Assembly (NCBI RefSeq): GCF_041956535.1
Contig: NW_027192199.1
Span: 613,741-677,740 of the forward strand
From: Calcarisporiella thermophila CBS 279.70
Taxonomy: Eukaryota > Fungi > Calcarisporiellomycota
Direction of reading: 5' to 3'
DNA length: 64,000 nucleotides
Numbering within the stretch: position 1 is the first letter of the stretch; each line of letters begins with the position of its first letter. The notes under the pieces are model-generated. The model made no database searches, had not been told where the DNA came from, and saw nothing but the letters and a program-made list of their open reading frames with translations. Both the position numbers and the translations under genes were made by a program. Below, one piece after another: positions 1-10,971 of this stretch.

Positions 1-345
1 CTCATTGTGCTAGCTGGCTGGATGCATATTCTATCACCCGAGTTCCTAAGCCGCTTTCCCACTGGGAATGTAATCAATTTGCACCCGGCTTTACCCGGGC
101 AATTTGACGGCGCCAACGCCATTGGACGCGCGTTCGAGGCATTTCAAAGGGGAGAGATCAAGGAGACGGGTGTGATGGTGCATCAAGTGATTGCGGAAGT
201 GGATCAGGGCGAGCCTATTCTCGTGGAGAGTGTGCCAATATTAGAGAAGGATACGCTTGAATCGTTAGAAGAGCGGATTCATGCGGTAGAGCACAGACTT
301 ATTGTGCAGGGTACAAAAAAATTCTTGGAGAGGGCAAATAGGTGA
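1..345 (+). CDS. ADE8: Phosphoribosylglycinamide formyltransferase (GAR transformylase), 3' part; 5' end outside window
   Basis: LAGWMHILS...INLHPALPGQFDG...TGVMVHQVIAEVDQGEPI matches PurN/Ade8 motifs (N-x-H-P catalytic residues, VDxG); stop at 343-345. Confidence 0.95.
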   Translation, partial: LIVLAGWMHILSPEFLSRFPTGNVINLHPALPGQFDGANAIGRAFEAFQRGEIKETGVMVHQVIAEVDQGEPILVESVPILEKDTLESLEERIHAVEHRLIVQGTKKFLERANR

Positions 346-2222
346 TCCATTGTTTTTTCTTCCTGTGAGTTGATCACGCCCTGGTATATGTTTTTCCTTA
401 CTTCTCTCGCCTCCTTTTCTTCCACTTCTTCTTTCACTCGTATTGTTTGTTTGTTTTTTTTTTGTTAATATGAGCGTTTTCTGCTTCAGCATCTCTTGGC
501 TTATATGAACCTTAAACATTAAATCCAGGGATTACGCGATTTTTGCGATGTAACCCCAGTGCTTTGGAATTAAACGCAAGCTTAAAAAGTTCCACGCGAA
601 AGGCTCCATCTATTACTCGTCCTCCTTAATGGTACAACCCTGAAATGCCTTTGGGGAGAGGGGGAGGAAAGGGGGGATTGCGTGGGAATATGTGAGTGTA
701 CCGATATATTCGGCTCAACATTCTTCATTCATTCTATTGACAGAGACGGGGATCGAGGACGGCCGTCGAGTACCGAAAAAATCCGAATACAGTAAATAAT
801 TCAGGAAACGTGGGATATTCAAAATATGCCAAATAGCGGCCCCAGCTGACATCATTGACAAATCTAAACAGAGAACGGCGATAATCATTCCCTTTTTATT
901 TCTATTTACAGGAGTTTCCTGCACATTTATTCATATCGGCGTAGGTAATTCAAGCCAACTCTGGCTCCTCGCCGCCTATTCTCAATCAACTTGGAATTCC
1001 ATCCACTCCGCGGAGCTAATGGAAGTGTTCGAACTCTATCCCCCCCTCCTCCCCTCCCTCCCCTCCCTCCTCTCCTCGTCGCCCAAAGGTTTAATTTTTT
1101 CTATGGCCCAAAAGTTCACACCCATTTAGAGTTTTTTATTCGGTGTGAGACGGAAAGAGAGAATCTAATTTTCCATTGCACCTTTCAGAGGCGATGCGAG
1201 AATCTGGCATTGATTACACTATTCAAGCATCATCTGTGGGGATTGATTTCACTATCAAACACCGCATGAAGCAGGACCTAACTAATGTTATTATTAAGCT
1301 GGATTGGAAGGAGTTTTAGCACCACCAAATCTTAACGCTGCTTAGCTTCCACTTGCCTTTTGTTATCCAGCTCCTCGGACCTTGTGGTCACAAATAAAGA
1401 AGGAAAAGGAAACCCTGGCAATATACCTTGTTTTGCCGAGGAGACAAGATTCTATATGAGCACTCGAGCGCCAAATCGATACATCTGGATTGCATTGTCT
1501 CCTTGAAAACTGGCGTCCACGGCCAAAGTGAGGCCGCAAAGCTGGGGCCACTAAGCTCGAAATGCTTGGAGAGGTCGATGAGCCTCGCTTTGGCCCAAGC
1601 GTTTGGGCGTCTAAGGGGCATCGAAGAGTCCTCGCGACAGAGATGCTAGCATTCTTTCAGTAAAGTAGTCCCTGTCGAATGGTAGGGCTCTTCTTTCGCA
1701 TCCATTAATTATAAACCTAAAAGTCATGAGTTGCAATAAACGCTTTTCCAAATTGGAAAGCCGCAGCGGAAAGAGGAATGGCGAGAGGAGGAGGTGAGTA
1801 AGATCAAGGTTTATAACGCAAAACTTTGTGCTTTTTTTTTCCTCCAAGACTAGAGTCCGACCAACCCTGCCAGCCGTGGTGGTGGTTTGTCGCCTTATCT
1901 AAATTAAAGCGTAACCACTCCATCACGGGCGACATACGTCCCCACCCCAGCCCGCTGGCGTTATCCGCATGAAGGCTGTCGCCGCTAGCTAGCCGCAGGG
2001 CGCGCCATCGGGGAGCGCGGGAGGGAGCCAACTCTGCAAACCTATTCTGGAGGTTACATCACATAATCCCCCATTATTTGAAACATGGTCATAGCCTAAC
2101 CGTGGTGTGGAGTGAGAAAAATAATGCCGAAATCGTAAACCTGGAAATGCAAAGTATGAAAAATTAGTATCCCTCATTGGCCGCAGATGGAAGAGTGGTC
2201 CGTGTCGTCAATTTGAACGCAG

Positions 2223-2230
2223 TATATAAA
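2223..2230 (+). promoter_or_regulatory. TATA box (TATATAAA) upstream of the 29-aa zinc-finger ORF
   Basis: Consensus TATATAAA, followed by a pyrimidine-rich leader and ATG at 2351. Confidence 0.6.
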
Positions 2231-2350
2231 TAGATGGCCTCGCAACCGTCTTTTTTTTTTTTTACGAATCCTATCATTCCCCATATATTGCGTAGTGCCT
2301 TCCCACCGTTGTTATTAATTCCACCGAAAGGATATCGCCTCTCTTCTCTC

Positions 2351-2440
2351 ATGTCTTACTACAAGTGCGAGTACTGCCTTTGTCACTTCCACGATGAGGA
2401 GCAGCTTCGCTATCATATGCGCACCATCCATCTCCGATAG
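2351..2440 (+). CDS. 29-aa single C2H2 zinc-finger microprotein
   Basis: MSYYKCEYCLCHFHDEEQLRYHMRTIHLR* fits Y-x-C-x2-C-x3-F-x5-L-x2-H-x4-H exactly; TATA box upstream, CT-rich 5' UTR, AATAAA near 2757. Confidence 0.7.
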   Translation: MSYYKCEYCLCHFHDEEQLRYHMRTIHLR

Positions 2441-3611
2441 TGGTTCGTCGGGAGCAGGCACGCGTAGTCAGGAGCCGCTGCACCGTCTGCCTTCTAATGC
2501 TAGCGCGCCCTTTCATCGACTTTTTCCATTTTTGAAGCATGTATTCCTCTATTTTCCACTGGAACAAATTCCTACGACCTTGGTTGTTTTACCCTTCTTC
2601 AGCTTAGCGCTGAGCACAAGCTGACAAAGTTTTCGGTTATATTGTTTCTCCTTTATTGACTTTTGGATGTATGTACATTGCCGGCTCTGTTTCGCCGGTT
2701 TGGCCTGTATCTTCTGGATAGGACATTGTTTTCCGTTTGCACACAACCGTTTGGCTAATAAAAAAGTCGGTGGCTTTCTGAAGCGCCCTTCCTCCCACCC
2801 GCCCGTGTCTTAGTGATAAAAAATCGAGACGATATATCCGGAACTCCGGGGGGAGATGAGACATAACAAAGTCGGCTATTCGACTTCCATTAAGTTTATT
2901 TATTAATTTATCTGGGACTATCCCCAATATATCTATATTTCTTTTCTGTTTTTGATTGAATGTAAGCCCACATCTTCCCTCACCCGGAACCACCCCTGCT
3001 CCTGTCCACATGGTCGGCGAACTCTAATCCCTCTTGTATTAGGTTCCGGAGCTGGCCATTGCGGTAATAGCTGGGAACCTTCCCTTCTCCCCCTCACCTC
3101 TTTCTCTCACTCACTCAAGGGTTTATCCTGGAAAATCTGGCGGTCGCTACTTTCATTGGGCCGAGTAACAACCGGTGCAAGTTAAATTGGATTTGAATAA
3201 AAAAAAGAAGTGGGATATTTATTAGCCCTACGGTACAAAGCAATTAAGAAATCAAGAAGAGCAGCCAGCTGTTTTTAGCTCATCACATTATTAGATGCAT
3301 AGCCTGGTAAGCTTTAGAGGTGTCTGTATCGACTGTGAGTGATCTACACAAGCTAAATAGAGAAACTACGTGAGTAATTCGGATTACAATACAAAATCTT
3401 AATAGCTTAAGTTTTAAGAGCCTCATCCCTCTCTTTGTTGGAATAGTGACCAATAAAAAAGCTCGAGGCTAGGTTTTTTATTTCCATGTCTCTTGTATGC
3501 TAAACATCTGCGAGCAATGAAAGATGTGGCTTAAACTGCCCATAAAGAATTTGTCAAGCGCCACTAAACACAACCACCATCTAAACCCCACCGCTGCTGC
3601 CCCATAATATT

Positions 3612-5227
3612 ATGTCTTCATATGAATTTAGCGGCGAAATAAAGCAGGTGAGTAAACTACTAGAGACCCTATCCATTAATGACACAAAAGACAAAAGGTC
3701 ACCACATTTGTCGGTTAAAACCGGCTGCCCGCCTCCTTCGAAAACATCGGAGAATTCATCAGCACTAAATACCAAGCCGCTCCCACCACTTCCAGCTCGA
3801 CGAACAAAAAATGCTGGCCAAGCTGGGCAAAGTAATCAACACCGTCGCCTGCAAGATGCTTCGGATGGTTCCCCTCGCCATAACGCTCAGGATGATTCTC
3901 GCATTAGCAATGTATCGCGGCGCCGGTCTGCGCCATCCATTGTAAAAGACATGCTTAGCGGGCTTACATCCCTAATAAAGGGCAGAGTATCTTCAAAGGT
4001 TAAAACAAGCGCGACAGGATCTTCGTGGACTCCTTTGAATCGACCGCATTCAACCCAATCCCTACCGCAAACAGCCCTACCTCTCTCCACGCCGGGTCTT
4101 TGCCCACCCAATAGCGGATATGAGAGTCAGACTCAAACCAATGTTCAACCAATTTTTCCCGCCACTATACCCATACAACAGCAAAAGCCTTCCCTGTTAC
4201 AAATTCCTGCTCCATTTCTAACAGGAACCAACGAAACCCAATACTCGAGTGCCTTGCATTCACCTTCCTCAACTCAAGTGTTGCAGCACCTGCCTCCTTT
4301 GTCCTCGACTCCCTCTACAGCCTCTTCAGTATCTACATCCAAACACTCTGCCGATTCTATTAATCAGTGCCATGGGATCAATAAAAATGGGAGGCGCTGT
4401 GGACGCCGACTAAAGCTGAATGAGGATGGCCAACCTGTGAGTGGCACTTGGTTTTGTCATCAACACCGAGACCAGACTCGTATCAGCACTATGCTGGACG
4501 TTGGAGGAATGATGCGAGTTAGAGCAGAAGGCAATACTACATCGGTTGTGATGCGGCGAAACTGTTGCTAATTTGTTCATTATTAGATTGGATTATGCCT
4601 CATCTACCGGATTTAACCAAGCGGCTACTACGAGAAGAGATGGAGAAATCCATCTCAAAATCCGATCAGCCGGGATTTATCTATGCCTATTTCCTTGTGG
4701 AAGGTAAGGTGCTCTATTCATGATAGCCTAATGGGTCTGGGACACTTTAGATAACCATTGCTTTCAACACCTCAGATCCCTCCATTGCACATCATTCCGG
4801 AACCCAGCAACATGTCTTCTTCAAGATTGGCCGAGCATCCAACCCACACCGGCGTATGCAAGAGTGGCAGAAGCAATGTCTCTTCCGTGCCTATTTGATC
4901 GAAACGATTCCGCCTACTCCCCCACCGTCGGACTCTACCGACGCTTCGCTTTCGGACCTCCCTCGGTGCAAATATGTGAAGCGTGCCGAACGTCTCATCC
5001 ACATCGAGCTCGACTCGTATCGAAGTAGCTTGACGCAGTGCTCCAACTGCCGGCGCGTGCATCGTGAATTTTTCCGCGTAGCCCGCAAAAGCCCAGCACC
5101 GCCGGCAGTGTGGCGTGTACCGGGTCAAATTGAGGCGATGGGATTCGATGCGAAGAGCTATGAGGAGGTGAGGTCGGTGATCATGAGATGGGTCTGGTTC
5201 ATTGAGGCCATATATGGAAAAGCTTAA
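3612..5227 (+). CDS. T5orf172/MUG113 (GIY-YIG-like) domain protein with low-complexity N-terminus and CCCH-like zinc motif; 3 exons
   Basis: QCHGINKNGRRC...WFCHQH; exon 2 (from 4587) WIMPHL...LLREEMEKSISKSDQPGFIYAY; exon 3 (from 4776) FKIGRASNPHRRMQEWQKQC...RAERLIHIEL...CSNCRRVHREFF. Confidence 0.85.
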
Positions 5228-5241
5228 AGGACAGTCGAAGG

Positions 5242-5278
5242 AAGAGGAGGAGGAGGAGGAGGAGGAGGAAGAGGAGGG
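5242..5278 (+). repeat. (GAG)n microsatellite in 3' UTR
   Basis: gaggaggaggaggag... run directly visible. Confidence 0.8.
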
Positions 5279-5906
5279 GGGTGATACAATTTGTCATAAT
5301 GTTTGATTTATCTCCTTGATTTTTCATGCTGCAGCATTACCTAAAGATTTCAGGAGAAGAATGTTGTACAGCGGCTCAACAGAGCTGGGCGTATTCGATA
5401 TCCTCTTTGTATTTCATTTTTCGGTTCATTTCTCTTTGCATTGTAAATACGCTCAAGCTTGACGACTCCTAGATATTTGCGGGTGGATTGTAATTTTATT
5501 GATCTACAAGACTCAACACGAAGGTCTCAGTTCAGTGTTCGGTCCTAATAAGTAGTGTCACCTCATACTTGTTTACCTAAGCGAGTAGGCGTTACTGGTC
5601 CATTTCAGAGATGGCAAACTTTCCCATGCTTTCTCCTTAGAGGAGGGCGATCAAGGTCGGGGCATCATCTACCTGAATGATACAGACTTTTTATTTGTAT
5701 AGTAGAACATACGGTAAACTCGATTAAATAAACTTCTATTTTTCAAATAAATAACGGGAGGTGGAGCAAATTAATGGCAATACATAAACAAAGAAAAAAA
5801 AATGGGGGGGGGGGGGGGAATTTAGAGGAAGGCAGGGTGAAATCTGCAGAGATATATCGGAGAGTATATAAGAAGAATAGCGGTGGTTGGGTTACGGCAA
5901 CTGGAT

Positions 5907-8027
5907 TTAGTTGTGAAGCACCGGAGGCTTACGAGCCTTGGTGGCCTGCTCAAAGGCATAGGCAGCCTTGATAAGCTGGGATTCGCTGTAGGCACGGCCG
6001 ATGAAGCCAAGGGCGAATGGAACGCCGTTAGCGTCGAATCCAATGGGGACCGTGATCATGGGGTATCTATTGAAAACAAATATCCAGCAAGGGGGGTAAG
6101 ACGGGGTCTGAAATGGCCGAGAGAGGAGGCCTCCCTATATAAAATGCAACGCAAAACACCTACCCAGCCATTGCCATGGGTTGTGGAGGGAAGAAGGCCC
6201 AGTTGACGGGCACCACCAACAGATCGAGGTTATCCTTGTTCATGGCGGCGTCAATGCCCTGTTCTCCGCCGAGCTTGCGGTCGAGGGCAAGCTGCTCCTT
6301 GTACTTGGGATCGTCGAGGCCGGTGGTGTTCTGGGCGGCCAAGAACACATCCTGCCCGAAGAACTGCATCTCTTTGTCGGCGTTGCGGTTGTTGAAGTCG
6401 ATCAGATCCTGCATCGTCTTCATTGGGCATTCCTTGGGCAGGGTGGCAAGATAAGCATTGATGTCGTGCTTGTAGTCGGTGAGGAGCACATCATATTCGG
6501 GGGAGCCCGCTTTGAAGCCTTTGGACACGATTTCCTGGGAGGTGGGGATGGGGGCGGGATCAACCACGGTGGCGCCGAGCTCTGCAATCTTCTTGATGGC
6601 ATTCTCCATGGCATCCTTGTCGGCCTGGTTGTTCAAAATGGCGAACCAGAACTCCCGCTGGGGAACACCGATGCGCATCCCCTTGAGGCCATCTTTGTCG
6701 AGAGCAGCGGTGTACTTCTCACGTTGGAGGCTCGGAGGAGGGGGGGGCATGTTGGTGAGGGTATCCTTGGAATCCAGTCCAGCAATGACCTCAAGCACTG
6801 CAGCAGCATCAGCAACACTGCGGGCAAGAGGACCAACGGTGTCTTGAGTATGCGAAATCCTAAATCACCAACAATAAAACATCAATCTCTGTCTTTGCTG
6901 CTTTTTTTCGCTGTGGCCTGAAAGAGGCGACCGGGTTTTCTCGAAAACACTTACGGGATCACAAGGTCACGAGAGGTGAGACCCACGGTGGGGCGGAGAC
7001 CGACCAAAGCATGAATGGAGGCGGGCGCAACGATAGAAGCGTCGGTATCACTGCCCAAAGCAACAGTAATGAAGTTGGCGGCGACCGACACAGCCGAGCC
7101 TCCACTAGAGCCGCTTGGAGAGGTGGAAGTGTTGTAAGCGTTGGCCGTCTGTCCACAGCGGCCGCTGAATCCATCAGAATCATGATACCGTGCCAAAGTG
7201 CCATTCAAAGTACGGAAATTGGCCCATTCGCTCATGCATGCCTTGCCGAAGATGATGGCACCAGCCTCACGAAGCTTCTGGGCGAGGGTCGAGTCCCTAG
7301 TGGGTTTGCAGTTGTCATCCCAGAGGGAAAGCGAACCTGCAGTGTTGCGGAGATGTTAACATTCGCCAGCCTTCCTTTACAGGCGGTCAATCAAGACATA
7401 CCTGCGGTGTTGTACATCTTGTCGCCCGTCGCGATGTTGTCTTTGAGAAGAATGGGGATACCATGCATGGGGCCACGGGTCTTGTTTTCCTTGCGTTCAT
7501 TATCAAGCGCATCGGCAATTTGGAAGAGGTCGGGGTTCAGCTCTTGAACGCCCCTATAGGTATTGTCGAATTCCTAAAAGCAACACGGGCTGAGCGACCC
7601 GAGCACAAGAGCCTCAAAAAAGTACAGCCATGGGCTGGCCATGTGCTACTTACATTAATGCGCTTTACGTACCACGCAACGAGCTGGCGAGAAGTGATGG
7701 TCCCAGCGTTCAAGGCCGCCTGAATAAAGAAATAATTAATTAATCCGATAATGAATACCGACGCGTGTGGGTTGGGACCAAAGAAGAATAAAAAGAGCAA
7801 AATAAAGCTTTGGCAACCAAACCAGCGGCAGGCCATACCTGAAGTTCTGCAATGGAGGTCTCCTCAAACTTGAAGTCGGGGAGCTTCTGGTCCTGGGCCT
7901 CCTTCACAAGGGCATCGGTGTAGGCCTTTTGAGCGTTGATTTTGGCATCGAAATTCTCAGCGGCAACAAGGCTGCCGGAGAGGACCATGCACGAGAGGGT
8001 GATGAGGAAAAGCTTTATTGACCGCAT
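5907..8027 (-). CDS. Secreted amidase-signature (AS) family amidase, peptide-amidase-like; multi-exon
   Basis: Signal peptide MRSIKLFLITLSCMVLSGSLVAA; GIPILLKDNIAT (catalytic Lys), SEWANFR, PSGSSGGSAVSVAAN, GSDTDASIVAPAS (catalytic Ser), GLRPTVGLTSR; C-terminal YPMITVP...AYAFEQATKARKPP, TAA at 5907-5909. Confidence 0.92.
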
Positions 8028-9040
8028 AGTGGGGTTGTGATAGTGGGGAGAGGGAAAAGCGAGGAAAGGTGCTTGGAACCGGGGAAGTAGAAGGGGAGAG
8101 ACAAGGAAAAAAAAAAAAAGAAAAGTCGTGGCAAAGGGTTAGCATATTTATCTCGCCTATACTACAGAATAAGTAGGATGTTTCGAACGAATCAATCCAG
8201 CAAGTCTATTACACAAGAATACGAACCGGTCGGTCTGATTAAAATTCTCCACCTATTTTTTCCCAGGTACGCCGGTGGGATTCCCCTGGCAAGTCAGTTG
8301 CCGCGACAGCAGAGTCTTTTTTCGCTTATTCTCCCTGCGGATAGTATATTTGAACAATAAGTTTGTACTCCTCTGTATGCCGCACCAAGGTTCGGCCGAG
8401 CCAAGCGGTTAAGCCTGTTTTGTCCTTGGTCATTTTAGCGATGCGTTCGGTTGTGTTTGTCTGGATGTCAGGGAGAGCGCACAGTACCGAGGCCAAGGCC
8501 TGGCCCAAGTCTGTGCCTCGAAAGGCCCCTCACACCTTACTCTCCTCGCCCCTGTGTCCATTAGGGGGGTTTCGGATGGTTTAAGAAGGGGGAGACCGGG
8601 CGGCGTCCGAACGGCGCGTCCCATAGGTGCTTGTTTGATTGACGTAGCGCGAGGGAAATGAAAGTGAGCAGGCTGAAACGTTTCTGAAACGCGCGATGAA
8701 TCTTGCCTAAACTCTAATCTTATCATGCGAGAGCAAGGTAAGGTTTGCTGCCTTCTTTTCCCGCTGTCCTCGGGCGGTGCTAGGGCTATTTAGGAGTATA
8801 CGCTCGCTAAATAGATCACCAGCCATTTTTCGGACACAAAAACCAATTCAAACTCCACGAAGCCTTCGAAGAGGATGAGCAAAACGGGGCAAAATGGCTT
8901 GATTCCAAAGAGAATGTTTATTCTGCTTCTCCCTCGCTCCTTTCTTTCCTTTTCGCTTCCCCAACTGCATCTCTCTCGACGTCGCCCTCTCGCCCTCCTT
9001 CCCCTCCGTCTCCTCTCCCTCTTCACAGCAACCTACTACC

Positions 9041-10632
9041 ATGGGCTCTCGTGCTGTGGAACTGCTCAAGCGGTTCGCCGACAAAGCCAGCGAGGATGAG
9101 AACATCCCCAACATGTTGATCGATGACCCGGCCGTGAATAGTCTGGCGGTGGGCATCAACGGTAAGTGGCGACGGATCGCTCTGCCATTGTGAAAGCGTG
9201 CTCACCTTTAGCTGCTCTTGATTTTGCCTCGGCCAGTCTGGGGAAATGCCCTGTCCATCATCGGAGGGTCGCTTGTCGTCCTTATCACCCTTGGGCTCTG
9301 GCTCTACGACCGGCGGCTGGTGGACCGCATTAGCCTTCGTCTCAATGTGGCAATATCGCTAGTAGATAGTCAGTCTCTTTTCTAATAGCCTGCTTGCCCT
9401 CTTCACAGGTTCTAATCAACCTCTCCCCTCTGCACCCTTCTCTTTCTCCTCTCTCTATCTTCAATAGTTGCAAAAGCGGCTGCCATTCTTTACTATACCT
9501 TCTATACCGTCGAGGGTTTCTGGTGCAGTTTCAATGTGTTCTTTATCGTGTTGACGACCAATCTGTACCTCTTCCTTACCACCTCCATCGCCTTCAACCT
9601 CCAGTGGGTTGTGCTGATGGAGAAGCCATATCGGCCATGGATGGAGAAATGGCTCTACTTTTTCGGCTCAATCTTCATCTCATTGGTGTTTAGTGTTCCT
9701 CCGTTCATCGCGGGAAGATATGGACTTGATAGAGCCCAGGGCTTTTGCTGGTTCGTATTTATGGCAGCAGTGCTGTTAACTTTCTGATGGGTGGCCTATT
9801 TCCTCTCTCTTGGCTGACCAAATGCGAATATGGACAGGTATCAGGATTCGTGGACGATGCCGGCAAAGATTTGGGAATGGTACTCTTGGGTTATCCCGAC
9901 CTCCATCAACATCATCTACTGCATGGTGGTGACCGGGCTCGTGGCGGCCAAAATTTACCGGAGCAATGCGCTATTGAATAAGCAAATCAGCACTGACGTC
10001 GGCACCGCTACCCCTCGCCATATCAGCTCGATTCAGCGGCGCACGCAGCTTGCTGTCAACCGAGTGTTAATTCGCATCCTTTTATATCCATTGATCCCCT
10101 TCCTGGTAAATATAGCTCTATTTTATCCACACCCTTCACCCAATTGAGCCATCGGCACGCCCTAATTAACATGCGTATCTATTTCTTTGATTCCGCGTGC
10201 CCACTGAAGACACAAACCGTGTTCATCATCAGCGAAGTCTATATCCACGTGCACAATAAGAACTTGTGGGGCCTGGTACTTGCTGGTAACCTCACGACCG
10301 ACATTCCAGGACTCTGCAATTTTATCGCTTTTCTTGTCGACCCGGCGCTCTATAATGCGCTCGACAAGATCAAAGCCGACTTAGTGGATCGCCACGGCGA
10401 CCCGTCCAAGAAGGGACTCAAGTCGGCCTTGGTGCGCACCTTCCTCGGGACCCGCAATAAACACAGAGATGTGAGTGGACTCGAATCAAACACCATCTCC
10501 ATGTCTGCGCTGGGCACTTCGCACGGTGAGCGCTGGCAGAAGATTGAGGATCCCGACGAAGAATATATGGCCGGAATGAAGACGGATAAAGACACGGTAA
10601 GCCCAATGTCCTACTCTTCGCAAGTGGTATGA
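9041..10632 (+). CDS. Seven-transmembrane GPCR-like receptor (Git3/cAMP-receptor-like fungal family); multi-exon
   Basis: Spliced product has ~7 hydrophobic helices: ALSIIGGSLVVLITLGLW-DRRLVDRISLRL, WCSFNVFF..LYLFLTTSIAFNLQ, YGLDRAQGFCW, RILLYPLIPF, PGLCNFIAFLVDPA. Confidence 0.8.
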
Positions 10633-10971
10633 GCATTTTCTCATCTTCAATGGATACAGGCCCATATGATCACTCCTCCACAAAATGCATATCTTTCCAA
10701 TGCCGAAGAAGGGGTTCGTTATCCCAGCCCAAAACCTCACTCGGCCAGGAGCCGCGCAAGACAGGCGAAGCAAAATGAAGAAGATTTGGCACAGGAGTTT
10801 ATTGTTAAGCTTTAGTTTAATTTAAGAAAAAAAAAAAATACATATTCCCTCTGTCATTATCCGTGATCCCATTTTTTTTATCTTATGTCCTTAATTTATT
10901 TGCAATTGCTAGTTTCGTTAATCAAAAACAAATATAAGACTACACTTCATTTCCTATTACATCCTCGCTTT

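Noticed and set aside
10936-10958. AAGACTACACTTCATTTCCTAT, resembling the U3 snoRNA 5' end
   Set aside because: Lacks the GGAUC of box A, and no ordered B/C/D boxes follow.
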